Below, piece by piece: positions 1 through 10,475 of a stretch of DNA of 47,691 nt; the first letter of the stretch is position 1, and the number at the start of each line of letters is the position of its first letter. The notes under the pieces are model-generated. The model was given only the letters and a program-made list of their open reading frames with translations. It did not search any database and was not told the DNA's origin. The DNA is taken from assembly GCA_030427335.1 (NCBI GenBank), contig JAUHWV010000001.1, forward strand, positions 1 to 47,691. Reading direction: 5' to 3'. The position numbers were made by a program, and so were the translations under genes. Source of the DNA: Gammaproteobacteria bacterium. Its GTDB lineage: Bacteria; Pseudomonadota; Gammaproteobacteria; Pseudomonadales; Halieaceae.

Positions 1-1
1 G

Positions 2-280
2 GGCGTGGACACAATCGTATGTATGTCGGTCAATGACGCCTTTGTCATGGGCGCTTGGGGCAAAGCGCAAAACGCCGATGAAATTCTGATGCTGGCCGAT
101 GGCAATGGCGAGCTAACCAAGGCGTTAGGTTTAGAACTCGATGGTTCGGGTTTTGGTCTTGGGACTCGTAGCCAACGCTTTGCCATGATCGTCGAGAACG
201 GCACGGTAACTCACCTAAATGTAGAACCCGGTCCGGGTGTGGATGTGAGCTCAGCCGAGACCATTATGGAACTCCTCTGA
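2..280 (+). CDS. Peroxiredoxin, Prx5/AhpC-TSA family (5'-truncated by window edge)
   Basis: C-terminal half with IVCMSVNDAFVMGAWG and RSQRFAMIVENG motifs typical of Prx5-type peroxiredoxins; frame is open to the window start. Confidence 0.9.
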   Translation, partial: GVDTIVCMSVNDAFVMGAWGKAQNADEILMLADGNGELTKALGLELDGSGFGLGTRSQRFAMIVENGTVTHLNVEPGPGVDVSSAETIMELL

Positions 281-295
281 GACACTCACAGAAAA

Positions 296-330
296 ATAAA
301 AAAGGGCGCCACATTGGCGCCCTTTTTTAT
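296..330. terminator. Bidirectional rho-independent terminator
   Basis: Perfect 16-bp inverted repeat ATAAAAAAGGGCGCCA-cat-TGGCGCCCTTTTTTAT with a T-run on both strands, between convergent genes; overlaps the DASS stop codon. Confidence 0.92.
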
Positions 331-1697
331 GCAAGCAACATATAGCAGACACTGGAGATAATGAGGGCGCCTAAGAGGTTCATCTTGAACCCCTCTCGCG
401 CCATATCGCTCATCGCCAAGCGCCCACTACCAAAGACTACTGAATTAGGCGCCGTGGCGACGGGCAGCATGAATGCGCAGCTGGCACTCATCGCCGCTGG
501 CACCATAATTAACTCCGGGCGAATACCCGCAGCAAGCGCGGTGGCGGCAAGGATCGGCATGAGAAGCGTCGTGCTGGCCGTGTTCGAAGTGGTCTCAGTT
601 GTAAAGGTCACTACGAGACTAATAACCAGGATCAGAGCAAAAGCGGGCAGTGCGGTAAGCTCAACTAAAGAGTCTCCCAACACACCGCTCAAGCCTGAAC
701 TCACAAACCCTTTCGCCAAACAAATACCCCCGGCGAAGAGCAACAAAACACCCCAAGGAATCGTCACGGCATGCTCCCATGTTAACAAACGGCCGCCTTT
801 TCCATCACTTATCATAGACATAACAACCACGGCCAACAGCGCAACCGAGGCATCATTAGCGCTACCAAGCCCCAGCCAGTGACTCCATCCACCGAAAGGT
901 TCTGCGCGTGTGATCCAAGCCAGGGCTGTTAAGCCAAAAACCCACATGACCCGTTTTTCGCTGACGTGCCAGGCACCCACACGAGGCAAGGTCACGTGCA
1001 CAGGCTCTGTTAAACGGCGAGACAGAACCCACGCCATCGCTGGTATCATGAGACAGACTACCGGTATCCCCCAAGACATCCAGCGGCTGAAGCTTACCGA
1101 AGCGCCAAAGGTGTTTTCATAAACCTGCATAAATACTAAATTAGGCGGCGTTCCAATAGGGGTACCAAGACCCCCCACGCTTGCGCCATAAGCCAAACCC
1201 AGCAGCAGGGGAACAGCCAAACGCTGTGGATCACGAGCTCCGTCAATCACAGCCAGTGCCACGGGGAGCAACATTAAAGTGGTCGCCGTATTCGAAATCC
1301 ACATGCTAAGAGAGGCCGCTGCAATCATGAAACCCAACACCAATCGGCCTCCACTGTCAGCGCCGACCAAGCGAATCATCCAAAGCGCCATACGACGGTG
1401 CGCACCCGTGTGCTCAAGCGACTTGGATAATAAAAAGCCTCCGAGCAAAAGCAGTATCAGGGGAGATCCGTAGGCCTGCCCCACCTCCGCCGGTGTAAGC
1501 ACGCCGAAGAGAGGTAAGATGGATAAGGGTAGCAACGAGGTGACCGGTATAGGAACGGCCTCTGAAACCCACCAGATTACGCACAGCAGGGTCAGGCTAC
1601 CAACAAGGGCCATTTGAAAATTCGTACCGCCCAACATCAACAACACGAATAGGCCAATACTCAGTAGCGGAGCTGCAAGAACAGAGCGAAATATCAT
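327..1697 (-). CDS. SLC13/DASS family Na+:dicarboxylate/sulfate symporter
   Basis: 456 aa, very hydrophobic; both SNT motifs (WISNTAT, TTSNTAS) plus GTPIGTPPN and FMLPVATAPN. Confidence 0.93.
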   Translation of the reverse strand: MIFRSVLAAPLLSIGLFVLLMLGGTNFQMALVGSLTLLCVIWWVSEAVPIPVTSLLPLSILPLFGVLTPAEVGQAYGSPLILLLLGGFLLSKSLEHTGAHRRMALWMIRLVGADSGGRLVLGFMIAAASLSMWISNTATTLMLLPVALAVIDGARDPQRLAVPLLLGLAYGASVGGLGTPIGTPPNLVFMQVYENTFGASVSFSRWMSWGIPVVCLMIPAMAWVLSRRLTEPVHVTLPRVGAWHVSEKRVMWVFGLTALAWITRAEPFGGWSHWLGLGSANDASVALLAVVVMSMISDGKGGRLLTWEHAVTIPWGVLLLFAGGICLAKGFVSSGLSGVLGDSLVELTALPAFALILVISLVVTFTTETTSNTASTTLLMPILAATALAAGIRPELIMVPAAMSASCAFMLPVATAPNSVVFGSGRLAMSDMAREGFKMNLLGALIISSVCYMLLA

Positions 1698-1699
1698 GC

Positions 1700-2746
1700 T
1701 TAGGGCGCCTTTAAGAACGCGACACGACCGCCCTTAAATGAGCCCATAAAAATCTGACCATTGACCTCTTGCGCCACCGTTGCGGCACCGTACATTGACC
1801 CATCGTGGACAAAAATGTCGGAGACAGCCTGACTGACCGGGTCATACTCAACAATCGCGAACGGAATTTTCAAGTCATCAGAGGGCTGCGCCTCCAAGGC
1901 CTTTACCATCTGCCAAGAGCTGGCTCTGTGCGACGCAATGCGGATACGCCCGTCGCTCCCCCAACTTAAATTATCACCGTTTAAGACCTCTGCCTCCCCG
2001 ACGATAGTACCGTCCAAAGTATATTCTCGAACCAAACCATCAATGTAGAGATTAACAAAGAAGCCGCTTCCATCAGGACGAGCGATCACACCATTGGGGT
2101 AACGCCCCTCGGTTCCGGGAATAACCTCCCAACCCGACTCGGGCAACCAACGCCGAACGTAACCGGTATTGAAACCCAACAAAGCTCTCACGATCGACCA
2201 CAGCTCACTGCCATCAAAAGGCGTGGTGGATACGAAACCACCGCTGGCGAGCGCTGCGACATCATTCAGGCTTTCCGAACCTGGGGCCATGGCGCAACCA
2301 CGCCAGATCAAACCCGTTGGCGCGCCCTCTGCCTCTGTCAATACTTCAAAAAACTCAACCGACTCCCGCTCACCATGATTCACGGCCAGCAATTGAAGCA
2401 CCCCATCGCTACGATAGACTAAATCGATGCCATGAAATGTCATCTGATCCGGATAGTCAGTGCAGGTTTCCTCGCCCCAGAGAACATCGCCTTTCACGCT
2501 CTGAGCAGGGAACAATTCACTGACAGCAAGCGTGTCTGAGTTAAGGGCCAACAAACGCCCACCTAAAATCATCTCTCCCACCACGAGGGTTTTATTATCA
2601 GGCGCCAACTCAATATCTTCAGGTGCCGTAAACCCACAAACCAAGCCCAACTGCGCATCGCCATCGCAGTTTCCCGCAGCTACAGAGGAGTGAATAAACA
2701 TGATAGATAGAGCCAAACCGAGTGTTTTTATCATTGTCGTTTCCAT
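1700..2746 (-). CDS. Secreted paraoxonase/arylesterase-like (SMP-30/gluconolactonase clan) six-bladed beta-propeller
   Basis: Signal peptide; motifs PEDI, FHGID, LAVNH..ESVEFFEV, LNDV, YPNGV and GDNL matching the PON Ca-ligand pattern. Confidence 0.75.
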   Translation of the reverse strand: METTMIKTLGLALSIMFIHSSVAAGNCDGDAQLGLVCGFTAPEDIELAPDNKTLVVGEMILGGRLLALNSDTLAVSELFPAQSVKGDVLWGEETCTDYPDQMTFHGIDLVYRSDGVLQLLAVNHGERESVEFFEVLTEAEGAPTGLIWRGCAMAPGSESLNDVAALASGGFVSTTPFDGSELWSIVRALLGFNTGYVRRWLPESGWEVIPGTEGRYPNGVIARPDGSGFFVNLYIDGLVREYTLDGTIVGEAEVLNGDNLSWGSDGRIRIASHRASSWQMVKALEAQPSDDLKIPFAIVEYDPVSQAVSDIFVHDGSMYGAATVAQEVNGQIFMGSFKGGRVAFLKAP

Positions 2747-2816
2747 ATACCTTACCGATCGACTATCCTGTCCAATCGGTTTTTAGATGTAAAGATATAA
2801 CAGCACACTTATCGTT

Positions 2817-3803
2817 ATGCTAATAGATCCTTTTGGCCGCAATATCACTTACCTTCGACTCTCGGTAACGGATCGCTGCGATTTCCGCTGCGTGTATTGC
2901 ATGGCGGAAGACATGACGTTTTTGCCAAGAAGAGACATTCTTTCCCTCGAAGAGCTTAGCGAAATTGCCGCCACTTTTATCGAGCTAGGTGGCAAAAAAA
3001 TTCGCTTGACGGGCGGTGAACCCCTAATCAGGAATGGCATAGACCGACTCACCCGAGACATCGGATCCCTGCCCGGATTGAGTGAACTGGCGATTACAAC
3101 CAACGGAAGCCAGTTGCACAAATACGCGGCTAAGTTCAAACAGGATGGGGTAAAATCGATCAACATCAGCATCGACAGCCTGCAAGCAGATCGTTTCCGA
3201 CAATTAACGCGAACGGGCGACCTTGAGCTGGTGTATAGAGGTATCGATGCGGCGCTCGAGGCGGGCATCGAACGCATACGCCTGAACTCCGTCATAATAA
3301 AAGGACACAATGACGACGAGATTGAGCCTCTCGTTGAGTTTGCGTTAAACAAAGGCGTCGACATTGCTTTTATCGAAGAAATGCCTCTGGGTGTCATGGA
3401 GCCCGAGCGAGATAGGCGATGGCTCTCCAATGAAGCTCTATTCGAACGCTTGTCTAAGCGTTTCGATTTTGCGCCTTGTGAGCAAAGCGACGTCACCAAT
3501 GGCCCCGCCCGCTACCAAAGTGTCAAAGGCTCAAATACCCGAATCGGCTTTATTTCACCGCACACCAATAATTTCTGTGGCAGCTGCAACCGAATTCGGA
3601 TTACGGTGGAAGGCCGACTTCTGTTGTGCCTAGGAAACGAGCACTCCGTCGATCTACGCGGCGTTTTACGAGGTCCGAATTACGCTCGATCCACTTTAAA
3701 AAAGGTGATGACTGACGCCCTTCAAATCAAACCGGAGCGACATCATTTTTATGACCCCAACGCACCACAAATTGTCCGATTCATGAACGCGACGGGCGGC
3801 TAA
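2817..3803 (+). CDS. moaA: GTP 3',8-cyclase MoaA (radical SAM, molybdenum cofactor synthesis)
   Basis: YLRLSVTDRCDFRCVYC (CX3CX2C), TGGEP, C-terminal CGSCNR...LCL cluster and terminal GG. Confidence 0.97.
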   Translation: MLIDPFGRNITYLRLSVTDRCDFRCVYCMAEDMTFLPRRDILSLEELSEIAATFIELGGKKIRLTGGEPLIRNGIDRLTRDIGSLPGLSELAITTNGSQLHKYAAKFKQDGVKSINISIDSLQADRFRQLTRTGDLELVYRGIDAALEAGIERIRLNSVIIKGHNDDEIEPLVEFALNKGVDIAFIEEMPLGVMEPERDRRWLSNEALFERLSKRFDFAPCEQSDVTNGPARYQSVKGSNTRIGFISPHTNNFCGSCNRIRITVEGRLLLCLGNEHSVDLRGVLRGPNYARSTLKKVMTDALQIKPERHHFYDPNAPQIVRFMNATGG

Positions 3804-3832
3804 CCGTCAAACACTCGATAAAAGGAACACCT

Positions 3833-4777
3833 ATGGCGCAGCTCGACAGCATTGAAAACATCATTTCCGCTTTTGCCGAGTTCGGATACATTTGCAGTGA
3901 AAAAATCGCAACGGCCGTATTTTTAGCGAACGCGCTCGATAAACCCATATTAATAGAAGGCCCTCCGGGCGTAGGCAAAACCGAGCTAGCCAATACGATG
4001 TCCATGGTTACCGGACATGAGCTGATTCGATTGCAATGTTATGAAGGATTGGATGAAGCCAAAGCGCTTTACGAATGGAAATACGGCAAGCAGCTACTCT
4101 ACACACAGATTCTGAAAGAAAAACTGTCCGATTTGCTTGAGGGCACTCAGGGCCTAGAGGGCGCAATCGAACGTCTCCACAGTTTCGGCGATGTATTTTA
4201 TTCAGAAAAGTTCATTGAGCCGCGTCCCCTACTCAAAGCACTCAGATCAGAAGCGGGGAGCGTACTGCTTATCGATGAAATCGACAAAGCGGATCAAGAA
4301 TTTGAGTCGCTCTTGCTGGAAGTACTGGGCCACTATCAAACATCCATTCCAGAGCTCGGCACCATCAAAGCCAAAATACCACCCCGCGTTTTTTTGACCA
4401 GTAACAACACACGCGACTTATCGGATGCCTTGAAGCGACGATGCCTACATCTTTATATCCCCTATCCCGACGAGCGCTTGGAGCAGAAGATCATTGCGTC
4501 ACGGCTGCCCTCTGTTGACCCGGAGCTCAATCGGCAGCTCGTCAGTTTTGTGCATGGCTTACGCGCACTGGATCTGAAGAAAGCGCCAGCGATCTCGGAG
4601 ACGATAGATTGGGCGAGAAGCCTAGTGCTGCTGAAGGCGAGCCAGCTGGATCGACAATTAGTCCGTGATACACTCAACGTGCTCTTGAAATTTGAACAGG
4701 ACATCGAGGCTGCTCAAGAGGCACTTCCAGAGCTCTTAAAACCCATGAGTTCAATCGGCTCGCGAGCCTTCAACTGA
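3833..4777 (+). CDS. MoxR-family AAA+ ATPase, CoxD-like
   Basis: Walker A EGPPGVGKT, RLQCYEGLDEAKALYEW, Walker B LLIDEIDK, TSN..RDLSDALKRRC. Confidence 0.92.
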   Translation: MAQLDSIENIISAFAEFGYICSEKIATAVFLANALDKPILIEGPPGVGKTELANTMSMVTGHELIRLQCYEGLDEAKALYEWKYGKQLLYTQILKEKLSDLLEGTQGLEGAIERLHSFGDVFYSEKFIEPRPLLKALRSEAGSVLLIDEIDKADQEFESLLLEVLGHYQTSIPELGTIKAKIPPRVFLTSNNTRDLSDALKRRCLHLYIPYPDERLEQKIIASRLPSVDPELNRQLVSFVHGLRALDLKKAPAISETIDWARSLVLLKASQLDRQLVRDTLNVLLKFEQDIEAAQEALPELLKPMSSIGSRAFN

Positions 4778-6144
4778 TGCAAGCCGAGCTGCTGCGATTT
4801 ATGCAACTCGCGCGGCAGCGCGGTGTGCGGATATCGCCCGCAGAGAGTATGGATGCATTGAGCGCAGCGCAGTTAGTCGGGTTTGAGTCACCCAGGCTGT
4901 TGAAAGAGACACTGGCAATGACGCTGGCGAAGTCCGTCGACGAAGAAGCTCTGTGCAAAAGCTGTTTTGACAAGTTCTTCTTTGGCGACGCCACAGAGAC
5001 AAGCGAACCGGACGAAAATACAGGCTCTGGCGCAAATAACACTCAGAACCAATACGACGCTTTGCTCCAAACAGCTAATGAATCTCTAGCTCAAGCACTA
5101 CAGAATTCGATCGCACAGGCATTGGTTCAGGGTGACCAAACTGAAATTCAAGCCCGTGTCGCAGAAGCATTATCTACTTTAGAGGTCGAAAAACTCCAGT
5201 TTTTTACTCAAAAAGGGCTGTATACCCGGCGTCTGCTCGATGCATTGGGCGAGGCGCCTCTCCGTCAATTAGCCGCCCAACTTGATACGAACTCAGCTGA
5301 AAGTCAGGCGCTCAAAGCGCTGCAGACCGAACTTCAGGGGCTTGCCAAAGGCGCGATCGAACGCGCCTTCGATTTAAACGCAGCGGGCAAGCACGATGAA
5401 TTGATGGAGGAAATACTCAAGAAGTCCAAACTCAACGCGATCGAGCGGCGCCATGCCGGTCGACTGAAAGGGCTGATACAGAAACTCGCGCGGAAACTGA
5501 CTCAGAAACACCGAAAAAGGCCTAAGCGCACGCGGCGTGGCAACCTGCACATGATTAAAACACTGCGCCGGGGTATCACGCACGACGGCATTCTCTTTGA
5601 AACCTTCTGGCGAAAAACAGAAAAACGCAAACCGCAAATTGTCGCGGTCTGTGATGTCAGCGGCTCAGTAGCCGCTTACGCAAAGTTTCTGCTGATGCTG
5701 CTCTACTACCTGCAAGACGTACTGCCACGCACGCGCAGCTTCGCCTTTGCACATGATCTAGGTGAAGTGACTGACTTGTTTCAGCAGCACGACGTTGAAA
5801 AAGCGACGGAAATCGTAAACTGGAAATACGGTGGCGCAACTGACTACGGCACCAGCATAGAAAAATTATACGAATTAACAGCGTCGGATCTGAACCCACA
5901 AACCACCCTAATCATACTGGGGGATGCGCGCAACAACTACGGGGACCCTAAGTTTGAGCGCCTACAAGATCTGAGCGAGCGATGCCGCAGAGTAATATGG
6001 CTCAATCCAGAAGCGAGATCACAGTGGGGCACGGGCGATTCAGAGATGCTCCGTTATCTGAGGGTGTGTCAGACCGCGCATGAATGCAACACGCTCAGCC
6101 AGTTCGAGCGCATTATCGACGAACTGATGACCTTGACGAAGTAA
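4777..6144 (+). CDS. VWA-domain protein, CoxE-like partner of MoxR
   Basis: MIDAS CDVSGS, GGATDYG, ILGDARNN, WLNPE; TGATG stop/start overlap with the ATPase. Confidence 0.9.
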   Translation: MQAELLRFMQLARQRGVRISPAESMDALSAAQLVGFESPRLLKETLAMTLAKSVDEEALCKSCFDKFFFGDATETSEPDENTGSGANNTQNQYDALLQTANESLAQALQNSIAQALVQGDQTEIQARVAEALSTLEVEKLQFFTQKGLYTRRLLDALGEAPLRQLAAQLDTNSAESQALKALQTELQGLAKGAIERAFDLNAAGKHDELMEEILKKSKLNAIERRHAGRLKGLIQKLARKLTQKHRKRPKRTRRGNLHMIKTLRRGITHDGILFETFWRKTEKRKPQIVAVCDVSGSVAAYAKFLLMLLYYLQDVLPRTRSFAFAHDLGEVTDLFQQHDVEKATEIVNWKYGGATDYGTSIEKLYELTASDLNPQTTLIILGDARNNYGDPKFERLQDLSERCRRVIWLNPEARSQWGTGDSEMLRYLRVCQTAHECNTLSQFERIIDELMTLTK

Positions 6145-6229
6145 GCGAGTAAGCGGTCAACAGCCAATCTCGGCTCTTTGTTCTGCGTGGCGTACGGACG
6201 ACTTAAGAGGCTGACTTTTTTAAAACACA

Positions 6230-7351
6230 CTAATACTCGTCATCGTCATCGAGTGACAAACCCAAACCATCGTCATCATCACCTGCCATATTTCCTGCAA
6301 ACTTGATTTTAAGACGCAGATTATTAGCAGAGTCCGCATTCCTCAGCGCTTCCTCTTCTGTGATGAGACCCTCTTTGTAGAGCTCAAAACAGGCCTGGTC
6401 GAAGGTCTTCATTCCTAAGTTTTCGGATTTCTCCATGACCTCTTTCAAGCCGTCGAACTGACCGCGCAGAATAATATCTGACACAAGCGGTGTACCCAAC
6501 AGCACTTCGATAGCAGCAACACGCTTATTATCTACCGTCGGAATTAATCGCTGTGATACGAACGCCTGGAGGTTTTGCGACAGATCCATTAAGAGCTGTG
6601 ACCGGCGATCTTCAGGAAAAAAGTTAACGATGCGATCGAGCGCCTGGTTAGCATTGTTAGCGTGGAGCGTAGAGAGACACAGATGCCCTGTTTCAGCGAA
6701 AGCGATCGCGTGCTCCATCGTTTCTCGATCTCGTATCTCACCGATAAGAATGACATCCGGCGCCTGACGCAGAGTGTTTTTCAGAGCGTTATGCCAACTC
6801 CGAGTATCTACCCCAACCTCACGCTGATTCACGATACATTTTTTGTGACGATGTACGTATTCGACTGGATCTTCGATCGTTACGATGTGTCCGTTCGAAT
6901 TACTGTTTCGATAATCAATCAAAGCGGCAAGTGAAGTCGATTTACCGGCCCCGGTGCCACCAACAAATAAGACCAATCCACGCTTTCGCATGATCACGTC
7001 CAGCATGATCTCCGGCAACCGTAGGTCTTGCCAGCTTGGAATCTCTGCGACGATATTCCGGGCGACAATGCTCACTTCGCTCCGCTGGAGAAAAATATTC
7101 ACACGGAAGCGCCCGTAACCCGCAACCGATGTCGCCAAGTTCATCTCGAGCTCACGCTCAAAATCAGTGATCTGGGTATCATCCATGAGCTCATAGGCAA
7201 GTTCACGAATCTCACCCGGCTTCAATACTTCGTTGGAAATAGGCTTGAGCTTACCCTGGAATTTAGCGCAAGGCGGAGCACCCGTACTCAAATACAAATC
7301 CGAGCCTTTATCTCGCGCTAGAGTTTTCAACCACTCAGTAATGCGACTCAT
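6230..7351 (-). CDS. pilU: Type IV pilus retraction ATPase, PilU-type
   Basis: SDLYLSTGAPP, GGTGAGKST, TIEDPVEY, ALKNTLRQAPDVILIGEIRD, STLHANNANQALDRI and ADSANNLRLKIK are PilU-type signatures; ATG at 7351 is the likely start. Confidence 0.88.
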   Translation of the reverse strand: MSRITEWLKTLARDKGSDLYLSTGAPPCAKFQGKLKPISNEVLKPGEIRELAYELMDDTQITDFERELEMNLATSVAGYGRFRVNIFLQRSEVSIVARNIVAEIPSWQDLRLPEIMLDVIMRKRGLVLFVGGTGAGKSTSLAALIDYRNSNSNGHIVTIEDPVEYVHRHKKCIVNQREVGVDTRSWHNALKNTLRQAPDVILIGEIRDRETMEHAIAFAETGHLCLSTLHANNANQALDRIVNFFPEDRRSQLLMDLSQNLQAFVSQRLIPTVDNKRVAAIEVLLGTPLVSDIILRGQFDGLKEVMEKSENLGMKTFDQACFELYKEGLITEEEALRNADSANNLRLKIKFAGNMAGDDDDGLGLSLDDDDEY

Positions 7352-7369
7352 ACGCAAATCGATCCACTC

Positions 7370-10300
7370 TTATACTTTCTTATGCTGTCCTAACTCGCTC
7401 TCCAATTGGCGAGCGACCGCATTAGGTGACCCCGTGTTTTGACACACCTTAGCATACACCATGGGGATGACATAAAGCGTGATAAATGTTGCCACAGAAA
7501 CACCACACATAATGACAACGCCAATCACGGTTCTCGACTCATGCCCTGGCCCCATTGAAGTAATCAGCGGAATTGCACCAATCACCGTGGTCAAAGCCGT
7601 CATGACAATGGGCCGCAAACGTCTCGCGGCGCCGTCCAAGACGGCCTGCTCAAACTCCAAACCAACATCTCGCAACTGATTGATAAATTCCACCAAAAGA
7701 ATGCCATTTTTGGTCGCAAGACCAACCAGCATGATCATACCCACTTGAGAATAAATGTTGAGCGTCTGATCAAACAGCACCAGACCACCTAACCCGCCGA
7801 TCAAAGCCAAAGGTACGGTGAGCAAAATAACAGCAGGATGTAGAAAAGATTCAAACTGCGCCGCCATAACGAGATAAACAATCAGCAATGCCATGCCAAA
7901 GGTAAAAAGTACATCGTAGCCAGCCGTTTGATAATCTAGCGATTCACCTTTGTAGGCAATACTTGCGTGCGACGGCAACTCGGATCGAACCGCGGCACGA
8001 ATGTCATCTAAGGCCTGGCCCAAAGAGTAACCCTCGGCCAAATCAGCCGTGAGCGTGAAAGCTCTCACCCGGTTGTGTCGATTGAGTGAACCCGCATCCG
8101 CTTGCTCTCGTACCGAAACGACATTAGACAGAGGAATTAACTGGCCGGACTCTTGTGAACGCACATAAAGCACATCAAGGTCATCAATGGTTTGACGATT
8201 GTCTGCGTCGGCCTCGAGCAAGACGTCATATTCGCGTCCGTCCATTAGAAAAGTCGTGGCACGACGCCCGCCCATCATAGTCTCCAGCGTACGCCCGATA
8301 TCGCGTATGTTCACACCTAAGTCACCGGCGCGGTTTCGATCGATCGTAAGACGAAACTGTGGCTTCGTCGGTTTTAAGTTGGTATTTGCATTTAGAATGT
8401 TGGGATTCTCCGCGAGTTTGTTCAGCAAAATATCCTGCCATTCTGCAAGCTCTTCATACGAATTACCCCCAATCGCGATGTTTACCGGTGAACCATTACC
8501 ACCACCCAGGGACCGCGGACCACTCAACCAGATACTGGCGCCTGCGACATCAGCCACCCTTCGACGCGCATCAGCCAAGATAACATCGGTCGCACGTCGG
8601 CCCGAATCAAAGGGTGTCAACACCATGAGCGCGAAGCCATTATTGAAAGCCTCGCCACCACCCCAGGCAGGAGCTCGAACCAATAATCGTTTGATATCGC
8701 CATTATCGACCAGCGGCATCAGGCGCTCTTCGACCTGGCCAAGCACGGACTTCGTGTACTCAAACGACGCGCCTTCGGGTGCACTGACCCGCATATATAA
8801 GAGTCCCCTATCTTGGTTTGGCGCGTATTCTTGTTCAACGCTCTCGTACAGTGCGTACACGCCTAGTAAGGAAACCACGATCACCGAAATCGCCCAAACA
8901 CGTTGATGCAGAACAGATTGAAGTGAGGCTCGGTATTTTTCTTCGAGTTTCTCGGAGAGTGCGTCGACCCGCTTAGCCAAGGGCGATTCAGTATCCGCAC
9001 TCTTCAAAACCTTGCTGCCAATTACCGGACCCAAGGTAAGTGCAACGAAACTTGAAAATCCCACAGCGATCGCCATGGTTACGGCGAATTCACTGAATAG
9101 GCGGCCAATATCACCCTCTAGAAAAGTGATTGGAACAAAGACGGCGACCAACACGAGGGTCGTCGCTATGACGGCAAACCCAACTTGCCTAGCGCCTAAA
9201 AAGCTCGCGACCAAAGGCGACTCACCCGAAGTTAACCTTCTATGGATATTTTCGAGCACCACAATACTGTCATCCACCACCAAACCAATCGCTAGCACCA
9301 AGGCCAGAAGAGTAAGTAGGTTGATGCTATACCCCATTAGCAGCAGCGCCGAAAAGGAGGCAATTAACGAGATAGGAACAGTAAGCGCAGGGATCAAGAG
9401 GCTGCGCCAATCGCCCAAAAACAAAAAGATAACGGCTACGACCAAAATGGCGGCAATGAGCAATGTTTTATAAACCTCTTTGATGGCCTCCTCTACAAAG
9501 ACACTGTCATCGTAGCTGGCGATCAGCTCTAGCCCTTCGGGCAAATCCTGATTTACGCGGACTATTTCGGCCTGAACCAAGCGGCTCACAGACAGAGCAT
9601 TGGCCGTGCTTTGCTTGATGATTCCCAGCCCAACCATGGGTTCGCCATTGCCTCTGAAAAAGCGGCGATCCTCGGCGCTGCCAAGCTCAACGCGAGCGAC
9701 ATCACCTAAACGCACCAAGTAACCATCATCCGATCGCCGTAAAACCAAGGCTCGAAAGTCGTCTGCCGACAGGTAACTCCGTTCAACCCGAAGAATAAAA
9801 TCACGCGCGGTTGAGTTCAGAGTACCGGCTGGCAACTCTACGTTTTGGGAACGCAGTGCATTTTCGACGTCGCTTACCGTCAACTCACGCGCAACGAGCG
9901 CTTCGGCATCCAGCCAAATCCGCATAGCGTAGATTTTCCCTCCGGAAATACGCACACGCGCCACACCATCGAGCACAGAGAAGCGATCTTCAAGGTAACG
10001 CCGAGCGAAATCGGTTAGCTCAAGCGACGACAGCTCAGGCGCCACCAGATGTGCCCAAAACACCACGTCTTCACCATCCTCTTCTTTACGAACCTCAGGT
10101 GGATCCGCCTCTATAGGAATGTTATCAAGCACGCTCGATATGCGATCGCGTACGTCATTGGCGGCATCATCGATATCGCGATCCAACTGAAACTCCAGTC
10201 GTATATTAGACCGGCCATCAAAGCTCGATGACTCCATCACTTTGATCCCCTGCAGACCGGCAAGCCTATCCTCGAGCACCTCTGTTATACGGTTCTCAAC

Positions 10301-10474
10301 CACCGCCGCTGACGCGCCGGGGTAGTTCGTCGAGACATTAACAATGGGAGACTCGATGTCCGGATATTCCCTCAAGGGCAAACGGTCAAATGATAAAATG
10401 CCAAACGCGACCAGGAGTGCGCTTAAAACCAACGCAAAAACGGGGCGCTTTACCGAGACATCGGATAGAAGCAT
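7370..10474 (-). CDS. RND efflux permease (AcrB/MexW-like, HAE1)
   Basis: 1034 aa; KRPVFA, LPLREYPDI, GLVVDDSIVVLENI, KNGILLVEF, RLRPIVMT. Confidence 0.95.
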   Translation of the reverse strand: MLLSDVSVKRPVFALVLSALLVAFGILSFDRLPLREYPDIESPIVNVSTNYPGASAAVVENRITEVLEDRLAGLQGIKVMESSSFDGRSNIRLEFQLDRDIDDAANDVRDRISSVLDNIPIEADPPEVRKEEDGEDVVFWAHLVAPELSSLELTDFARRYLEDRFSVLDGVARVRISGGKIYAMRIWLDAEALVARELTVSDVENALRSQNVELPAGTLNSTARDFILRVERSYLSADDFRALVLRRSDDGYLVRLGDVARVELGSAEDRRFFRGNGEPMVGLGIIKQSTANALSVSRLVQAEIVRVNQDLPEGLELIASYDDSVFVEEAIKEVYKTLLIAAILVVAVIFLFLGDWRSLLIPALTVPISLIASFSALLLMGYSINLLTLLALVLAIGLVVDDSIVVLENIHRRLTSGESPLVASFLGARQVGFAVIATTLVLVAVFVPITFLEGDIGRLFSEFAVTMAIAVGFSSFVALTLGPVIGSKVLKSADTESPLAKRVDALSEKLEEKYRASLQSVLHQRVWAISVIVVSLLGVYALYESVEQEYAPNQDRGLLYMRVSAPEGASFEYTKSVLGQVEERLMPLVDNGDIKRLLVRAPAWGGGEAFNNGFALMVLTPFDSGRRATDVILADARRRVADVAGASIWLSGPRSLGGGNGSPVNIAIGGNSYEELAEWQDILLNKLAENPNILNANTNLKPTKPQFRLTIDRNRAGDLGVNIRDIGRTLETMMGGRRATTFLMDGREYDVLLEADADNRQTIDDLDVLYVRSQESGQLIPLSNVVSVREQADAGSLNRHNRVRAFTLTADLAEGYSLGQALDDIRAAVRSELPSHASIAYKGESLDYQTAGYDVLFTFGMALLIVYLVMAAQFESFLHPAVILLTVPLALIGGLGGLVLFDQTLNIYSQVGMIMLVGLATKNGILLVEFINQLRDVGLEFEQAVLDGAARRLRPIVMTALTTVIGAIPLITSMGPGHESRTVIGVVIMCGVSVATFITLYVIPMVYAKVCQNTGSPNAVARQLESELGQHKKV

Positions 10475-10475
10475 T

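Noticed and set aside
361-882. 173-aa + strand ORF, and similar long antisense ORFs (2849-3499, 8199-8906, 9012-9473, 15872-16399, 38257-38769)
   Set aside because: Fully antisense to well-supported genes, with no recognisable motifs; typical shadow ORFs
3833-6144. Evidence for aerobic CO oxidation
   Set aside because: No coxL/M/S in the window; CoxD/E-like pairs occur widely without CO dehydrogenase
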